DNA from: a bacterium
GTDB lineage: Bacteria > Patescibacteriota > Patescibacteriia > JACQRZ01
Reading direction: 5' to 3'
Assembly: GCA_030688365.1 (NCBI GenBank)
Contig: JAUYIE010000021.1
Span: forward strand, 9,866 to 73,865
Length of the DNA: 64,000 bases
Below are positions 35,766-46,536 of this stretch, one piece after another. How positions within the stretch are numbered: the first letter of the stretch is position 1; each line of letters starts with the position of its first letter. The notes under the pieces were generated by a model that was given only the letters and a program-made list of their open reading frames with translations, was not told where the DNA came from and did not search any database. The translations under genes and the position numbers were made by a program.

Positions 35766-38591
35766 ATGTCCAAAGATCAGGAGTTCATACAAATACGCGG
35801 TGCGCGTCAGCATAACCTCAAAAATATTGACGTTGATATCCCTATCAATTCTTTTACGGTGATTACTGGTTTGTCGGGAAGTGGGAAATCGTCTTTGGCG
35901 TTTGATACGCTCTATGCCGAAGGTCAGCGTCGCTATGTGGAAAGTTTGTCGGCGTACGCACGGCAGTTTTTGGGTATTATGAATAAGCCGGACGTGGATT
36001 CTATCAAAGGTCTTTCACCGGCGATTGCCATAGAACAAAAGAAACTGTCTGCCAATCCGCGATCTACCGTCGGGACAGTCACGGAGATATATGACTACTT
36101 GCGTTTGCTTTATGCGCGTATCGGTATTCCACACTGTTATTCGTGTGGAAAACTGATTCGTAAGCAAGATGCACAAAGTATTTCCAAGTCTATCATCTCG
36201 GATTACAATGGCGCGCAGATCACTATCTTAGCGCCACTCGTGCGGGCGCGTAAAGGAACGTACGAATATCTTTTTGATGATCTCAAACGACAAGGGTTCC
36301 GCCGTGTACGCGTTGATGGGGTGTTTTACAATCTCGGGACGGAAAGTATTATTTTGAAACGTTATGTCGCGCATACTATTGAGGTGGCACTGGATCGACT
36401 GGGTGCAGATAGCGATGAAAAATCGCGCATGCAAGAAGCGGTAGAAAGTGCGTTGAAACTGGGAAATGGATTTATGATTGTGTTGGTAGAGCGTGCAGAG
36501 GCAAAGCACAATGTCGGCGGGAAAAAATATGAGGAAAAAATGTACAGTCAACACTTGGCGTGCATTGATTGCGGACTCAATTTTGAAGAAATGCAACCGC
36601 GCATGTTTTCTTTCAACGCACCCCAAGGAGCATGTCCCGAGTGTCATGGTATCGGTATTATTGAAGAGTTTGAGGAGGAGCTTATCATGCCATTGCCGTC
36701 CCGATCTATCATGGAAGGCGGTATCGCGCCGTGGAGTAAGATCGTGCCCGTACACTGGGACAAGATTGAACGCATGGCAGAATATTACAAGTTTGATCCG
36801 TGGACGCCTCTCAAACAATATTCCCGTGATATCATCAATCTTTTGTTGTGGGGGGATACAGACACAGAAACGGATCGGCATTATGGACATTTTGAGGGTG
36901 TCATTCCGCAACTGAAGCGTATTTACCGTCAGACAGATTCGGAAGCCATGCGTACGGCTATTCGCAAGTACATGCGCGAGACACAGTGCCCTAGTTGTCA
37001 GGGCAACCGTCTGAAAAAAGAAAGCCTCTTTGTATATATTGGTGGAAAAAATATTGTGCAATATACTGAACTGTCTATACGCGAGTGTTTTGACTTTATA
37101 GATACGCTAAAGCTGACGGCTACAGAGAAAAAGATCGCAGAGACAGTAGTAAAAGAAATCAAAGCGCGGTTGTCGTTTCTCAACAATGTCGGTCTTGATT
37201 ATTTGTCGCTTGCGCGTACCACAAAAACGCTTTCCGGTGGAGAATGGCAACGCATTCATCTTGCAACACAGATCGGTTCGGAGTTGCGAGGGGTGATGTA
37301 TATTTTGGATGAACCGTCCATCGGTCTACACCAGCGTGATAACGGCAAACTGATTGATACGCTGAAAGGTCTGCGGGATCTGGGTAATAGTGTGATTGTC
37401 GTGGAACATGATGAAGATACGATGGCTTCGGCCGATCATATCATTGATATTGGTCTAGGTGCGGGCGTACATGGGGGATCGGTGATTGCACAAGGGACAT
37501 TTGAACAAATAAAAAAGAGTAAAAATTCTCTTACAGGGCAATACCTTTCCGGTAAAAAGAAAATAGCGATTCCTGATCATCGCCGACCGGCACGGGGATT
37601 TTTAACGATAAAAAACGCGCATGGACACAATCTAAAAAATATTGATGTCAAGATTCCTCTTAGTGTGTTTTGCTGTATTACGGGCGTCTCGGGAAGCGGG
37701 AAAAGTACTCTTATCAACGAAACACTCTATCCCGCGCTTTCAAAATATTTTGGGGAGACGGTGGATGCTCCCGCCAAGCACGATCGTATAGAAGGGCTTG
37801 ATCAGCTTGATAAGGTCATCACGATTGATCAGTCGCCAATCGGACGTACTCCGCGTTCCAATCCCGCCACCTACACCGGCGTCTTTACCTATATCCGCGA
37901 ACTGTTTGCCGCCACCAAAGAAGCACGCGTGCGAGGGTATCGTGATGGACGTTTTAGTTTTAATGTCTCTGACGGTCGATGTGGCAACTGTGAAGGAGAT
38001 GGAGTTATTAAGATAGAAATGCATTTTTTGCCTGATGTATACATTCCCTGCGAGGTTTGTGGAGGGAAGCGTTACAATGATGAAACTTTGTCGGTGAAAT
38101 ACAAAGACAAAACGATCGCAGATGTGTTGGACATGACGGTGGAAGAAGCGCTGGATTTTTTCCGACCAGTGCCGAGGATAAAAAACAAAATGCAGACACT
38201 CTATGATGTCGGTTTGAGCTATATCAAGCTGGGACAGTCATCAACCACCCTTTCCGGTGGTGAAGCACAACGAGTGAAACTTGCTACCGAACTCGCAAAA
38301 CGTGATACAGGCAGGACGATGTATCATCTGGACGAACCGACGACCGGTCTTCATTTTGACGATATTCAAAAACTTCTTACCGTACTCAATCGTCTGGTGG
38401 AGAAAGGAAACTCCGTCATTGTCATTGAACACAACCTTGATGTCATAAAAACCGCTGATTATATCATTGATCTTGGTCCCGAAGGCGGACAAGCAGGGGG
38501 GAATATTATCGCTGTCGGCAAACCCGAAGAAGTGGTTAAAATAAAGGAGAGTTATACAGGGCATTTTTTGAAAAAGGTACTGAAGAAGTAA
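35766..38591 (+). CDS. uvrA: Excinuclease ABC subunit A
   Basis: Two ABC modules (Walker A '[14 protein letters not shown]' and '[14 protein letters not shown]', signature 'LSGGEWQR' and 'LSGGEAQR') and zinc fingers CxxC. It is 941 aa. Confidence 0.92.
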   Translation: MSKDQEFIQIRGARQHNLKNIDVDIPINSFTVITGLSGSGKSSLAFDTLYAEGQRRYVESLSAYARQFLGIMNKPDVDSIKGLSPAIAIEQKKLSANPRSTVGTVTEIYDYLRLLYARIGIPHCYSCGKLIRKQDAQSISKSIISDYNGAQITILAPLVRARKGTYEYLFDDLKRQGFRRVRVDGVFYNLGTESIILKRYVAHTIEVALDRLGADSDEKSRMQEAVESALKLGNGFMIVLVERAEAKHNVGGKKYEEKMYSQHLACIDCGLNFEEMQPRMFSFNAPQGACPECHGIGIIEEFEEELIMPLPSRSIMEGGIAPWSKIVPVHWDKIERMAEYYKFDPWTPLKQYSRDIINLLLWGDTDTETDRHYGHFEGVIPQLKRIYRQTDSEAMRTAIRKYMRETQCPSCQGNRLKKESLFVYIGGKNIVQYTELSIRECFDFIDTLKLTATEKKIAETVVKEIKARLSFLNNVGLDYLSLARTTKTLSGGEWQRIHLATQIGSELRGVMYILDEPSIGLHQRDNGKLIDTLKGLRDLGNSVIVVEHDEDTMASADHIIDIGLGAGVHGGSVIAQGTFEQIKKSKNSLTGQYLSGKKKIAIPDHRRPARGFLTIKNAHGHNLKNIDVKIPLSVFCCITGVSGSGKSTLINETLYPALSKYFGETVDAPAKHDRIEGLDQLDKVITIDQSPIGRTPRSNPATYTGVFTYIRELFAATKEARVRGYRDGRFSFNVSDGRCGNCEGDGVIKIEMHFLPDVYIPCEVCGGKRYNDETLSVKYKDKTIADVLDMTVEEALDFFRPVPRIKNKMQTLYDVGLSYIKLGQSSTTLSGGEAQRVKLATELAKRDTGRTMYHLDEPTTGLHFDDIQKLLTVLNRLVEKGNSVIVIEHNLDVIKTADYIIDLGPEGGQAGGNIIAVGKPEEVVKIKESYTGHFLKKVLKK

Positions 38592-38657
38592 ATAGGAACC
38601 GTATATCTAGCATTTCTTTTGTTATAAGGACAAAACTCGTTCATGGAAGGCCAATTC

Positions 38658-38686
38658 TTGACGTTATCCACAGGGCGTGCTATACT
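38658..38686 (+). promoter_or_regulatory. Sigma70-like promoter TTGACG-17-TATACT driving the RRM gene through a ~100-nt leader
   Basis: TTGACG at 38658-63, a 17-nt spacer, and TATACT at 38681-86. Confidence 0.45.
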
Positions 38687-38792
38687 AAGTGTTAAATACA
38701 TTAGTTCGCAAGGTGCAAATCTTTAAGTTTGTACCCTCCGCGAAGCAACAGTCGACTCAATGTAGGTGAAGAATTTAGTTTTAGTTTATACT

Positions 38793-39134
38793 ATGGCAAA
38801 AAAATTATACGTTGGAGGTATCAACTTCTCAACGACAGACGAAGCACTTCGTGAAGCTTTTTCACAAGCCGGTACCGTAGAGTCCGCAACGATCATCATG
38901 GATCGTGATAGCGGTCGCTCAAAAGGTTTCGGTTTCGTAGAAATGGCAAGCGATGAGCAAGCTACCGCAGCTATTGAAATGTTCAATGGCAAGGAGCTCG
39001 ACGGCCGACGCCTTACTGTAAGCGAAGCACGCCCAATGGGTGAACGCCCAGCTCGCAGTGGAGGCAACAGTTTTGGCGGTGGTCGCAATAGCGGTGGTCG
39101 TGGTAACGATTACGGCTCACGCAACCAGTGGTAA
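38793..39134 (+). CDS. RRM-type RNA-binding protein with a Gly-rich C-terminal tail
   Basis: RNP-2 'LYVGGI' and RNP-1 'KGFGFVEM'. The tail 'GGNSFGGGRNSGGRGNDYG' is Gly-rich. The start is taken at MAKKLY (38793). Confidence 0.8.
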   Translation: MAKKLYVGGINFSTTDEALREAFSQAGTVESATIIMDRDSGRSKGFGFVEMASDEQATAAIEMFNGKELDGRRLTVSEARPMGERPARSGGNSFGGGRNSGGRGNDYGSRNQW

Positions 39135-39239
39135 TTCGTTGATTTCGACAGAGGCACCCTGTCCGCCAGTAGGCGGAGGGGGTGTTTTTGTATACGTTGG
39201 CGCGCTATACTGATTTTATCCCAAAGGGATACCCTAGAT

Positions 39240-40799
39240 ATGAAACCATTTTTAAAACAACCCATTCCCACACAGCCCGGTTGTTATTTAATGAAAGATA
39301 AAGACAGTACAGTGTTATATGTGGGAAAAGCGAAAAACCTGCAAAAGCGGGTAGCTTCATATTGGCGCGCGACTGACGAAAAGACCGTCGCGTTGGTATC
39401 CGAAATATCTGACATTGAGTTTATTATCACTGGCAATGAGGTGGAGGCGTTGATTTTGGAAGCGCAACTTATAAAAAAATATCATCCGCATTATAATATT
39501 GACCTCAAGGACGGTCAGCGATATGCGTTTTTGAAACTCACAAAAGAAGAATATCCTCGTCTGCAAGTCGCTCGCGCGGTGAAAAATGATGGCAAATATT
39601 TTGGCCCGTTTCCTTCAGGAGGTGCTCGAACGGCGGCCATGAACGCGGCGAACAAGATTTTTGGCCTCTGTAAATACCGTGGGCTCAAAAAGCCGTGCTT
39701 GCGGTATCATCTCGGATATTGTCGTGGTGCATGTGCGGGCCTGATTTCAAAAGAAGAATACGGCGAGATCATCAAAGATGTTGAACGCTTTTTTAATGGC
39801 GAATATGCAATATTGATCAAGAAAATACACGAGCAAATGGCAGATGCATCAAAAGCAGAGCAGTTTGAAAAAGCAAAAATGTATCGAGATCAACTTCTTA
39901 ATCTTGAAAAGCTTCAAGATCAGAGTGTTTCACGACCAAAGTCGTATGATCAAGATGTGGTAAATTATGTTGTGATGGGTGCAAGTATGATTGTGCAGTT
40001 GTTTCACTTCGATAAAGGGATTATTTCTGGACGCAAAGAATATACTTTTGATTTGGATACGTTGATAGTGCAAACACCTCAAGACGCACTGGGTAGTTTT
40101 TTACGACAGTATTATGCGAGTCACAATGTACCGCAAGAGATTGTTGTACCTGATGTATTGCCTGAACAAAAAATCATTGAAGCATTTTTGGTTCATATCG
40201 CCGGACGCAAAGTCGTATTGACGGTACCGACACGAGGTTTGAAGAAAAAACTACTTGCAATGGTGAAAGAAAATTTGACAGTTGGTTTGGGGCAAGGCGG
40301 TGGGCAATTGTATGAACTCAAAACCGCGTTGAAACTGGATATACTACCAAAGACCATCAATTGTGTTGATATTTCACATTTGGGCGGAACAGAGATGGTC
40401 GGTTCGTTGGTACAGTTTCATAATGGCGCGTCAGCGAAGGGGCAATATAGGAAATTTATTATAAAGCATGGCAAAGGGAATAATGACTTTGCGTCTATGG
40501 AGGAAGTGTTGACGCGTTACTTGGAACGCATGAAAGAAAAGAAAGAAACACTGCCAGATCTATTTGTCGTGGATGGGGGACGAGGACAACTTAATATTGC
40601 TATACGCGTATTCGGTGTGCACGGGATAGATATCCCATTGATCGGTCTTGCGAAACGACTTGAAGAAATATATGTCTCATGGGCGAAATTGCCATTGCGT
40701 TTACCGCCAAAAAGCCCTGCACTTCAGTTACTCCGCGCTCTCCGTGACGAAGCGCACCGATTCGCGATTACATTTCAGAGGAAGAGGAGGAGAGCTTAG
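39240..40799 (+). CDS. uvrC: Excinuclease ABC subunit C, short form of 519 aa
   Basis: GIY-YIG 'GCYLMKDKDSTVLYVGKAKNLQKRVASY', a UVR domain 'FEKAKMYRDQLLNLEKL', and a RNase H-like endonuclease domain. Confidence 0.85.
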   Translation: MKPFLKQPIPTQPGCYLMKDKDSTVLYVGKAKNLQKRVASYWRATDEKTVALVSEISDIEFIITGNEVEALILEAQLIKKYHPHYNIDLKDGQRYAFLKLTKEEYPRLQVARAVKNDGKYFGPFPSGGARTAAMNAANKIFGLCKYRGLKKPCLRYHLGYCRGACAGLISKEEYGEIIKDVERFFNGEYAILIKKIHEQMADASKAEQFEKAKMYRDQLLNLEKLQDQSVSRPKSYDQDVVNYVVMGASMIVQLFHFDKGIISGRKEYTFDLDTLIVQTPQDALGSFLRQYYASHNVPQEIVVPDVLPEQKIIEAFLVHIAGRKVVLTVPTRGLKKKLLAMVKENLTVGLGQGGGQLYELKTALKLDILPKTINCVDISHLGGTEMVGSLVQFHNGASAKGQYRKFIIKHGKGNNDFASMEEVLTRYLERMKEKKETLPDLFVVDGGRGQLNIAIRVFGVHGIDIPLIGLAKRLEEIYVSWAKLPLRLPPKSPALQLLRALRDEAHRFAITFQRKRRRA

Positions 40800-40811
40800 T
40801 ATTTGTAGGAT

Positions 40812-41210
40812 TTATTTACCAGCTTTTTCCAAAATGCTCTGGAGTTCATTTTTACTAAAATCATGATTCATATAATGTTCTTTGCCAGAAAAGATATCTG
40901 CCACAAACATCCTCGGATCTGCACCATGCGTTTTAATAATTGCTTTCGCGGCTTTGTTTTTTGATATGTAAGAGTGAAAATCACTAGGTGACAGGCCTTC
41001 TCTATGTGCTTGATCCTGGTCAAATCCGCTTTTTGTATAGCCTATTTTTTGCATTTCGTCTTCTGTGAGACGTAGTGCTTCCGGAGACGATACTTCGTCA
41101 TAGCCTAGTTTTGTGGTTATATCTTTTAGCCATTCTAATGATTCTTCTTTATCCTTTAGTCTTTCTTCATCCATTTGATGCACTTTTTCAGGTGACCATG
41201 TACCTTCCAT
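40812..41210 (-). CDS. Hypothetical protein
   Basis: ORF of 132 aa with no recognisable motif. Confidence 0.4.
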   Translation of the reverse strand: MEGTWSPEKVHQMDEERLKDKEESLEWLKDITTKLGYDEVSSPEALRLTEDEMQKIGYTKSGFDQDQAHREGLSPSDFHSYISKNKAAKAIIKTHGADPRMFVADIFSGKEHYMNHDFSKNELQSILEKAGK

Positions 41211-41453
41211 ATCTACTTTGGTTATTAGTTATAGGGATATCAATATTTTACTACTCATATAATCCAACGCTTCATCTTTGGTAAATCTCTTCTCTCTTTC
41301 TCTCCTCTGTTTTTCCCATGGTGAATTTCTTGAAAAAGCAATATTTTCAACTATAAACACCAGAATAGCTTCCTGATCTTTGAAATAGAGTTTTTACCGT
41401 CTCTGATAGCACATAGCATATAGTGATGGGTATGTGTAAACCGTAACTTTTTC

Positions 41454-41786
41454 TTAAAACGCAATGCCATGTTCTCGCACAGCCGATGGTATGGTCATGT
41501 ATTTGTTGGCAATATCCTTTTTTGCAACGAGATGGGTCTCAAAACGAGGGTCTACTCCATGAGCTAATATATACACTTTGCGCATCAACGTATCATAATT
41601 TTTCTTAGTAAGTGTAGGTACTACCACCGCGACATCAATATCGCTTTCTGGAAAAGCGTTGCCTTTTGCTCGACTGCCAAAGAGATAATAATCAGATACG
41701 ATAATACTTTCCTGTTTCATGCGTTTTTTCATCGCAAGAAGCTGTTTCTTTATTTCAGGATCTATTTGCTTCCTTTTTGTAGCCAT
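41454..41786 (-). CDS. Minimal nucleotidyltransferase (MNT), the antitoxin-like partner of the HEPN protein
   Basis: 'LFGSRAKGNAFPESDIDVAVVV' carries the GS...DxD motif. It overlaps the HEPN gene by 25 nt. Confidence 0.75.
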   Translation of the reverse strand: MATKRKQIDPEIKKQLLAMKKRMKQESIIVSDYYLFGSRAKGNAFPESDIDVAVVVPTLTKKNYDTLMRKVYILAHGVDPRFETHLVAKKDIANKYMTIPSAVREHGIAF

Positions 41787-42151
41787 ACAAAGTATTCATT
41801 TATTCGCTTCCACCAGTACTCTGCTATTTCTGGTGTAGTTGTTTTACGTAACAGAGCTTTTTCTTCCGGATAACGACCCTCAATATTAAAAAGGTTAATT
41901 TGGAGCAGGCCTTCCTCTTGTTCTTTGCGCAATTCAATATGGGCTTTGTGGGCAAGTTGGGCTAGGTCATGAGTATAAGGCGCGTTTGCTTCGCCATATT
42001 CTATGACAAGACTTTTGAGGAGTTTTTCCAACGCAAGGTGTCCAAAAAAGAGTGCATGATCAAAACGCTTTGTTTTCATGAGATAACCGGCGGTCTCCAG
42101 CGCATCTTTTGCGCCTTCTCGCCAGTGTTTGATAAGCTCTTTTTGTGACAT
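41762..42151 (-). CDS. HEPN-domain protein, toxin-like partner of a HEPN/MNT module
   Basis: All-helical ~129 aa with 'FDHALFFGHLALEKLLKS' and a C-terminal 'EGRYPEE' region. Gene order and overlap match HEPN-MNT pairs. Confidence 0.65.
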   Translation of the reverse strand: MSQKELIKHWREGAKDALETAGYLMKTKRFDHALFFGHLALEKLLKSLVIEYGEANAPYTHDLAQLAHKAHIELRKEQEEGLLQINLFNIEGRYPEEKALLRKTTTPEIAEYWWKRINEYFVWLQKGSK

Positions 42152-42306
42152 AGATACTGTTTCTCATTACCATAATCATATCGTGTTTCGATGATACTGT
42201 AAATGATCTGTAGTAAATGTCTAAACTCCGAATAGAAATCTCACACGAAAGGTCACCTTGCCCAAACCCTCCTTATACGCTATTCTTATACGTATAGTAT
42301 TCGCTT

Positions 42307-42993
42307 ATGTCTACTCTCTACGTTGTCGCGACGCCTATCGGAAACCTTGAAGATATCACTGTACGTGCAGTGCGTATTTTGAAAGAGGTAGACCTTATCT
42401 TATGCGAGGATACGCGCCATACAAAACAGTTGCTTACTCGGTATGAGATAAAAACACCTACTCAAAGCTATCATCAGCATTCCAGTGGCGGGAAAGTAAA
42501 AACGATTGTTGAGATGCTGGAATCAGGAAAAAATCTTGCCATGGTGTCAGATGCAGGGACGCCCGGTATCAACGATCCCGGAGTTTTGTTAGTGAAGGAA
42601 CTTGTCACGCAGATGGATGGGAATATCAATATCGTCCCTATCCCCGGAGCATCGGCGGTGATCACGGCGCTCTGTGTGTCCGGTTTTCCTTCGCATGAGT
42701 TTTCATATCTTGGTTTTGTACCTCATAAAAAAGGACGACAGACAATTTTTCAAACTATTGCTCAAAGTGAAACGACCACTGTTTTCTATGAATCATCTCA
42801 TCGCATCATGAAGACGTTGGATGCATTGGGATCAGTGTTAGAACCGACACGTCAGCTCATCGTATGTCGAGAATTGACCAAACTACATGAAACTATGTAT
42901 CGCGGTACTTGTGCCACGGTTATTGAATCTCTTAAAAAAACTTCTACAAAAGGAGAATTTGTTATTATCATAGCACCCCGTTCGTGGGGCTAA
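42307..42993 (+). CDS. rsmI: 16S rRNA (cytidine1402-2'-O)-methyltransferase
   Basis: 'LYVVATPIGNLEDITVRAVRILKEVDLILCEDTRHTKQLL'. Confidence 0.85.
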   Translation: MSTLYVVATPIGNLEDITVRAVRILKEVDLILCEDTRHTKQLLTRYEIKTPTQSYHQHSSGGKVKTIVEMLESGKNLAMVSDAGTPGINDPGVLLVKELVTQMDGNINIVPIPGASAVITALCVSGFPSHEFSYLGFVPHKKGRQTIFQTIAQSETTTVFYESSHRIMKTLDALGSVLEPTRQLIVCRELTKLHETMYRGTCATVIESLKKTSTKGEFVIIIAPRSWG

Positions 42994-43002
42994 TCATATA
43001 CT

Positions 43003-44364
43003 ATGGATTATTTTCCACATATACCACTTATCCCACGTATCAAAGCAGTGGCGGTGCGTACTAATAAAACTGCTCTTGGACTGATTATACTACTTGGTTT
43101 AGTTGCTATCGGAGCAATTTTTGTCATCAATGGCAAACAACCTGTCTCTATGAACGACACGATGACCATTCAACCTTCATTAAAGACATTATTAAAGAAT
43201 GCAAATACCATCGCAAATCCTCCTATTTATTATGCGTTACTTTCAGGACAGGATGGTGGGGATGTGCCAAAAGACAAAACATCTATTTATTTGCTCAACA
43301 CTGCGCTGGATAAACCCGATACTCTTGTGGTGGAGCACAATGGTTGGTTACATTTTTATGATACAAACAAAATAGAACACACGTGGCTTGCATCGGTTAC
43401 AAATAGTCTCTATATAATCAAGCCGGATGAAAAGAAGATAGACACAGTGATTACTGCACCCGATGGTTTTGTGATTGATAGTGCTAAATTTTCTCATGAT
43501 ACAAAAAAAATTGCCTACACGATCACTAATGAACGTATGCAAGACGACATGGTGACAGACTTCGTGAAGGCAGGTGAACTTTATATCTATGATATAAATT
43601 CAAAGGAAGCAACTAAAATCATGAGTCGTACTGATTTGGGTGTATACGAACCGGATACCCAGTCAAGTCGCACGGAGTTACTGGTAGATGCCTGGACGGC
43701 TGATGATACCAAAATAATCGGGTCAATGCAGACAAGCGGACTTTCAGGTGTTATTGACGGTGAACGTTTTTATGTTGAGCTTACTGATAATAATATCGTA
43801 AAAAAAATTGACATCACGCCCGTGGGTCATCGATTGGCTTCACTCTATAATGGAATAGTCAGTAATGATGGGCGATATATTGCATATCATTTTTGTCCCT
43901 CATTTGACTACGGACATGATCCATATATTGATTTGGTGTGTCCAAAAGGAGAGGAGATCATGCTTGCTGATACAATGACAGGTCAAGCAAAAAGTGTGTA
44001 CCAAAACTCCGATTTTGCTGATATTCTCGATAGTCATATATTACGCAATATCTACTCAATATATTGGATTGACGACGCCACTCTTGCATTTAGTACCACA
44101 AGTGGTATTTTCCAGACAGGGATATCACGAGAAAAAGCCACATTGTTGTATCCTTTTGAGTGGAAATACGATCCTACAAAAAGTCTTATTGACAGGCCGA
44201 GTATCAGTGCGATATTTGGTGAGAATGTAATCATAACCACGCCAGAGACAGCAGTGACGGCCTTACAAGGGCACGCACTAATCAATCTCACAACAAAAAA
44301 GTTATTTGCGTTGCCGCCAACAGTGGCATCTGATTCATTGCTATTGCAATTTCTTTCCTACTAA
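43003..44364 (+). CDS. Membrane-anchored hypothetical protein with a beta-rich extracytoplasmic domain
   Basis: N-terminal TM 'ALGLIILLGLVAIGAIFVI'. No catalytic motif was recognised. Confidence 0.45.
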   Translation: MDYFPHIPLIPRIKAVAVRTNKTALGLIILLGLVAIGAIFVINGKQPVSMNDTMTIQPSLKTLLKNANTIANPPIYYALLSGQDGGDVPKDKTSIYLLNTALDKPDTLVVEHNGWLHFYDTNKIEHTWLASVTNSLYIIKPDEKKIDTVITAPDGFVIDSAKFSHDTKKIAYTITNERMQDDMVTDFVKAGELYIYDINSKEATKIMSRTDLGVYEPDTQSSRTELLVDAWTADDTKIIGSMQTSGLSGVIDGERFYVELTDNNIVKKIDITPVGHRLASLYNGIVSNDGRYIAYHFCPSFDYGHDPYIDLVCPKGEEIMLADTMTGQAKSVYQNSDFADILDSHILRNIYSIYWIDDATLAFSTTSGIFQTGISREKATLLYPFEWKYDPTKSLIDRPSISAIFGENVIITTPETAVTALQGHALINLTTKKLFALPPTVASDSLLLQFLSY

Positions 44365-44373
44365 TTTTCTGTT

Positions 44374-45912
44374 ATGTCTGATAAAAAAACATTTTATATA
44401 ACCACGCCGATTTATTACGTCAATGATAAACCGCATATTGGTCATGCCTATACGTCTATCACTGGGGATGTGCTTGCGCGGTATCATCGCATGAAAGGCG
44501 ATCAGGTTTTCTTTTTGATGGGGGTGGATGAAAATAGTCAAAAAAATGTTGAAGCGTTTGAAAAATCAGGGTGCGAGACATTGGAACAATATTTGGGTAT
44601 ACAAGCGGCCATTTGGCAACAGGCGTGGGATAGTATCAATATCACTAATGATGGGTTTATTCGTACCACCGAAGAACGCCACAAAATCGGCGTATACAAG
44701 TTTTTTGATTTGGTCAATAAAAAAGGGGATATCTATAAAGGGCTATATAAAGGATACTACTGCAATGGCTGTGAAGAGTTTATTAAACAGTCAGACCTTC
44801 TTGATGGTGAAATATGTGCTATGCATAAAAAGAAAGTGGAGACGATTGAAGAAGAAAATTATTTTTTCTCTGCGTCAAAGTATAAAGATGCATTGCTGGC
44901 ACATATAGAAAAGAATCCTGATTTTATCCAACCAATCAGTCGTCGCAATGAAGTGGTAAATTATATAAAGGATCATTTTGGGGATGTAAGTATTTCTCGT
45001 CATTTTCAAGTTGCAAAATGTGGTATTCCTTTGCCGATAGATCCGGATCATGCCATCTATGTATGGTTTGATGCGCTGATAAACTACCTTACCGGGATTG
45101 GCTATGGTACTGACGACGAGGCATTTGATGTATTGTGGCCTGCGAGTATGCATATCGTCGGTAAAGATATTCTCAAATTCCACTGTGCGTTATGGCCGGC
45201 AATGTTGATGTCTGCGGGGTTGCCACTTCCAGAAAAAGTATTTGCGCACGGATTTTTTACCATTGATGGAGATAGGATCGGCAAGTCATTGGGTAATGCC
45301 ATTGACCCCGTAGAGTTATCTCGTACCTATGGTGTGGATACGGTACGATATTTCCTCATGCGTGAAATACCGTTTGGCGAAGATGGTGATTTTTCCTTTG
45401 AGCGTTTGAAAGAACGATACGAAAGTGACTTAGCAAAAGGGTTAGGAAATTTTGCAAGTCGTGTACTCACACTGGCGGAAAAAGTAGATGAAAAAAGTCT
45501 TGATGATATCACCGGTCTGGATGACGAAGAAGCGCAACAGATGATTGTAAATGCATGGGAACAGTATGCAATAGGGATAGAAAAAGTGGCTCTTGATGAC
45601 GTACTCAAAACAGTCTGGGAGTGTTTGCGTTGGGGGGATAAATATATAGAACAAAACAAACCATGGGCGTTGGCGAAAGAAGACCCTGAACATTTTGCTC
45701 AAACAATGGTATTATTATTGGAGGTGCTTCGTCATATCAGCGCGATGGTGTATCCGTTTCTACCCGAGACCGCAGAAAAGTTGTGGAAATTGTTGGATAT
45801 AGAGAGTCTGGAACGATCGCATTCATCCGCACAGCTCATCAAATGGATCCCGGGGGCGGTCACCAAGCCCACAAAAGGCGTGCCGTTGTTTCCACCTATT
45901 GAACAACCATAA
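44374..45912 (+). CDS. metG: Methionyl-tRNA synthetase
   Basis: 'PIYYVNDKPHIGHAYTS' is the HIGH motif. A zinc knuckle 'CNGCEEF...C' is present, and KMSKS appears as 'RIGKSLGN'. Confidence 0.88.
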   Translation: MSDKKTFYITTPIYYVNDKPHIGHAYTSITGDVLARYHRMKGDQVFFLMGVDENSQKNVEAFEKSGCETLEQYLGIQAAIWQQAWDSINITNDGFIRTTEERHKIGVYKFFDLVNKKGDIYKGLYKGYYCNGCEEFIKQSDLLDGEICAMHKKKVETIEEENYFFSASKYKDALLAHIEKNPDFIQPISRRNEVVNYIKDHFGDVSISRHFQVAKCGIPLPIDPDHAIYVWFDALINYLTGIGYGTDDEAFDVLWPASMHIVGKDILKFHCALWPAMLMSAGLPLPEKVFAHGFFTIDGDRIGKSLGNAIDPVELSRTYGVDTVRYFLMREIPFGEDGDFSFERLKERYESDLAKGLGNFASRVLTLAEKVDEKSLDDITGLDDEEAQQMIVNAWEQYAIGIEKVALDDVLKTVWECLRWGDKYIEQNKPWALAKEDPEHFAQTMVLLLEVLRHISAMVYPFLPETAEKLWKLLDIESLERSHSSAQLIKWIPGAVTKPTKGVPLFPPIEQP

Positions 45913-45939
45913 TCAATAATCGTTTATATTGCTTGTCCT

Positions 45940-46524
45940 ATGAATACCATTGATCTCACGATCCTTATCGTTCTCGCTGTCTTTGCTTTACTCGGTCTTA
46001 TAAAAGGATTTATTAGACAAGTGGGATCATTGATTGGACTGTTCGTGGGGTTGTTTCTTGCAGGTAAGTTTGTATGGCCTGTTGCACAATATATTCGCGG
46101 TGGTTTTGCGCAATATCCGGCTATTGCAGATCCGTTGTCATATTTGGTTGCTTTTTTTCTGATATTTTTTGTCGTGACAATTATTATCGGCATTTTAGTC
46201 AAGGCGGTTGATAAAGTGTTTAATTTGTTTGCTGTTTTACCATTTTTAAAAACTATCAATCGACTTGGTGGTGCGGTACTTGGATTGTTGGAAGGGGCAT
46301 TTTTTGTCGCAGCAGTGGTGTATATATTGATTTCACTTCCCATCAATGTCGGTTTGACAGAAAAAATAAATACTACAACAACGGGTCGTTTTTTTTCCAC
46401 ATTTGCTTTAACAGTCAAACCCTTTTTGCCTGATCTATCTAAAATTGATTTGAGTAAGTTGTTGCCCCCCATGCAATTTACCGTTCCTGTTGGGGGTGAT
46501 ATACCAAAAGTGTTAGAAAAGTAA
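45940..46524 (+). CDS. cvpA: CvpA family membrane protein
   Basis: The N-terminus 'MNTIDLTILIVLAVFALLGLIKGFIRQ' and four TM helices are typical of CvpA. Confidence 0.65.
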   Translation: MNTIDLTILIVLAVFALLGLIKGFIRQVGSLIGLFVGLFLAGKFVWPVAQYIRGGFAQYPAIADPLSYLVAFFLIFFVVTIIIGILVKAVDKVFNLFAVLPFLKTINRLGGAVLGLLEGAFFVAAVVYILISLPINVGLTEKINTTTTGRFFSTFALTVKPFLPDLSKIDLSKLLPPMQFTVPVGGDIPKVLEK

Positions 46525-46536
46525 ACAGAACATTGT

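Noticed and set aside
41286-41318. Polypyrimidine CT-rich tract (tctcttctctctttctctcctctg) in the 243-nt spacer upstream of the 40812..41210 gene.
   Set aside because: It is low-complexity and no structure or ORF is associated with it. It was noted only as a possible polymerase-slippage-prone tract.
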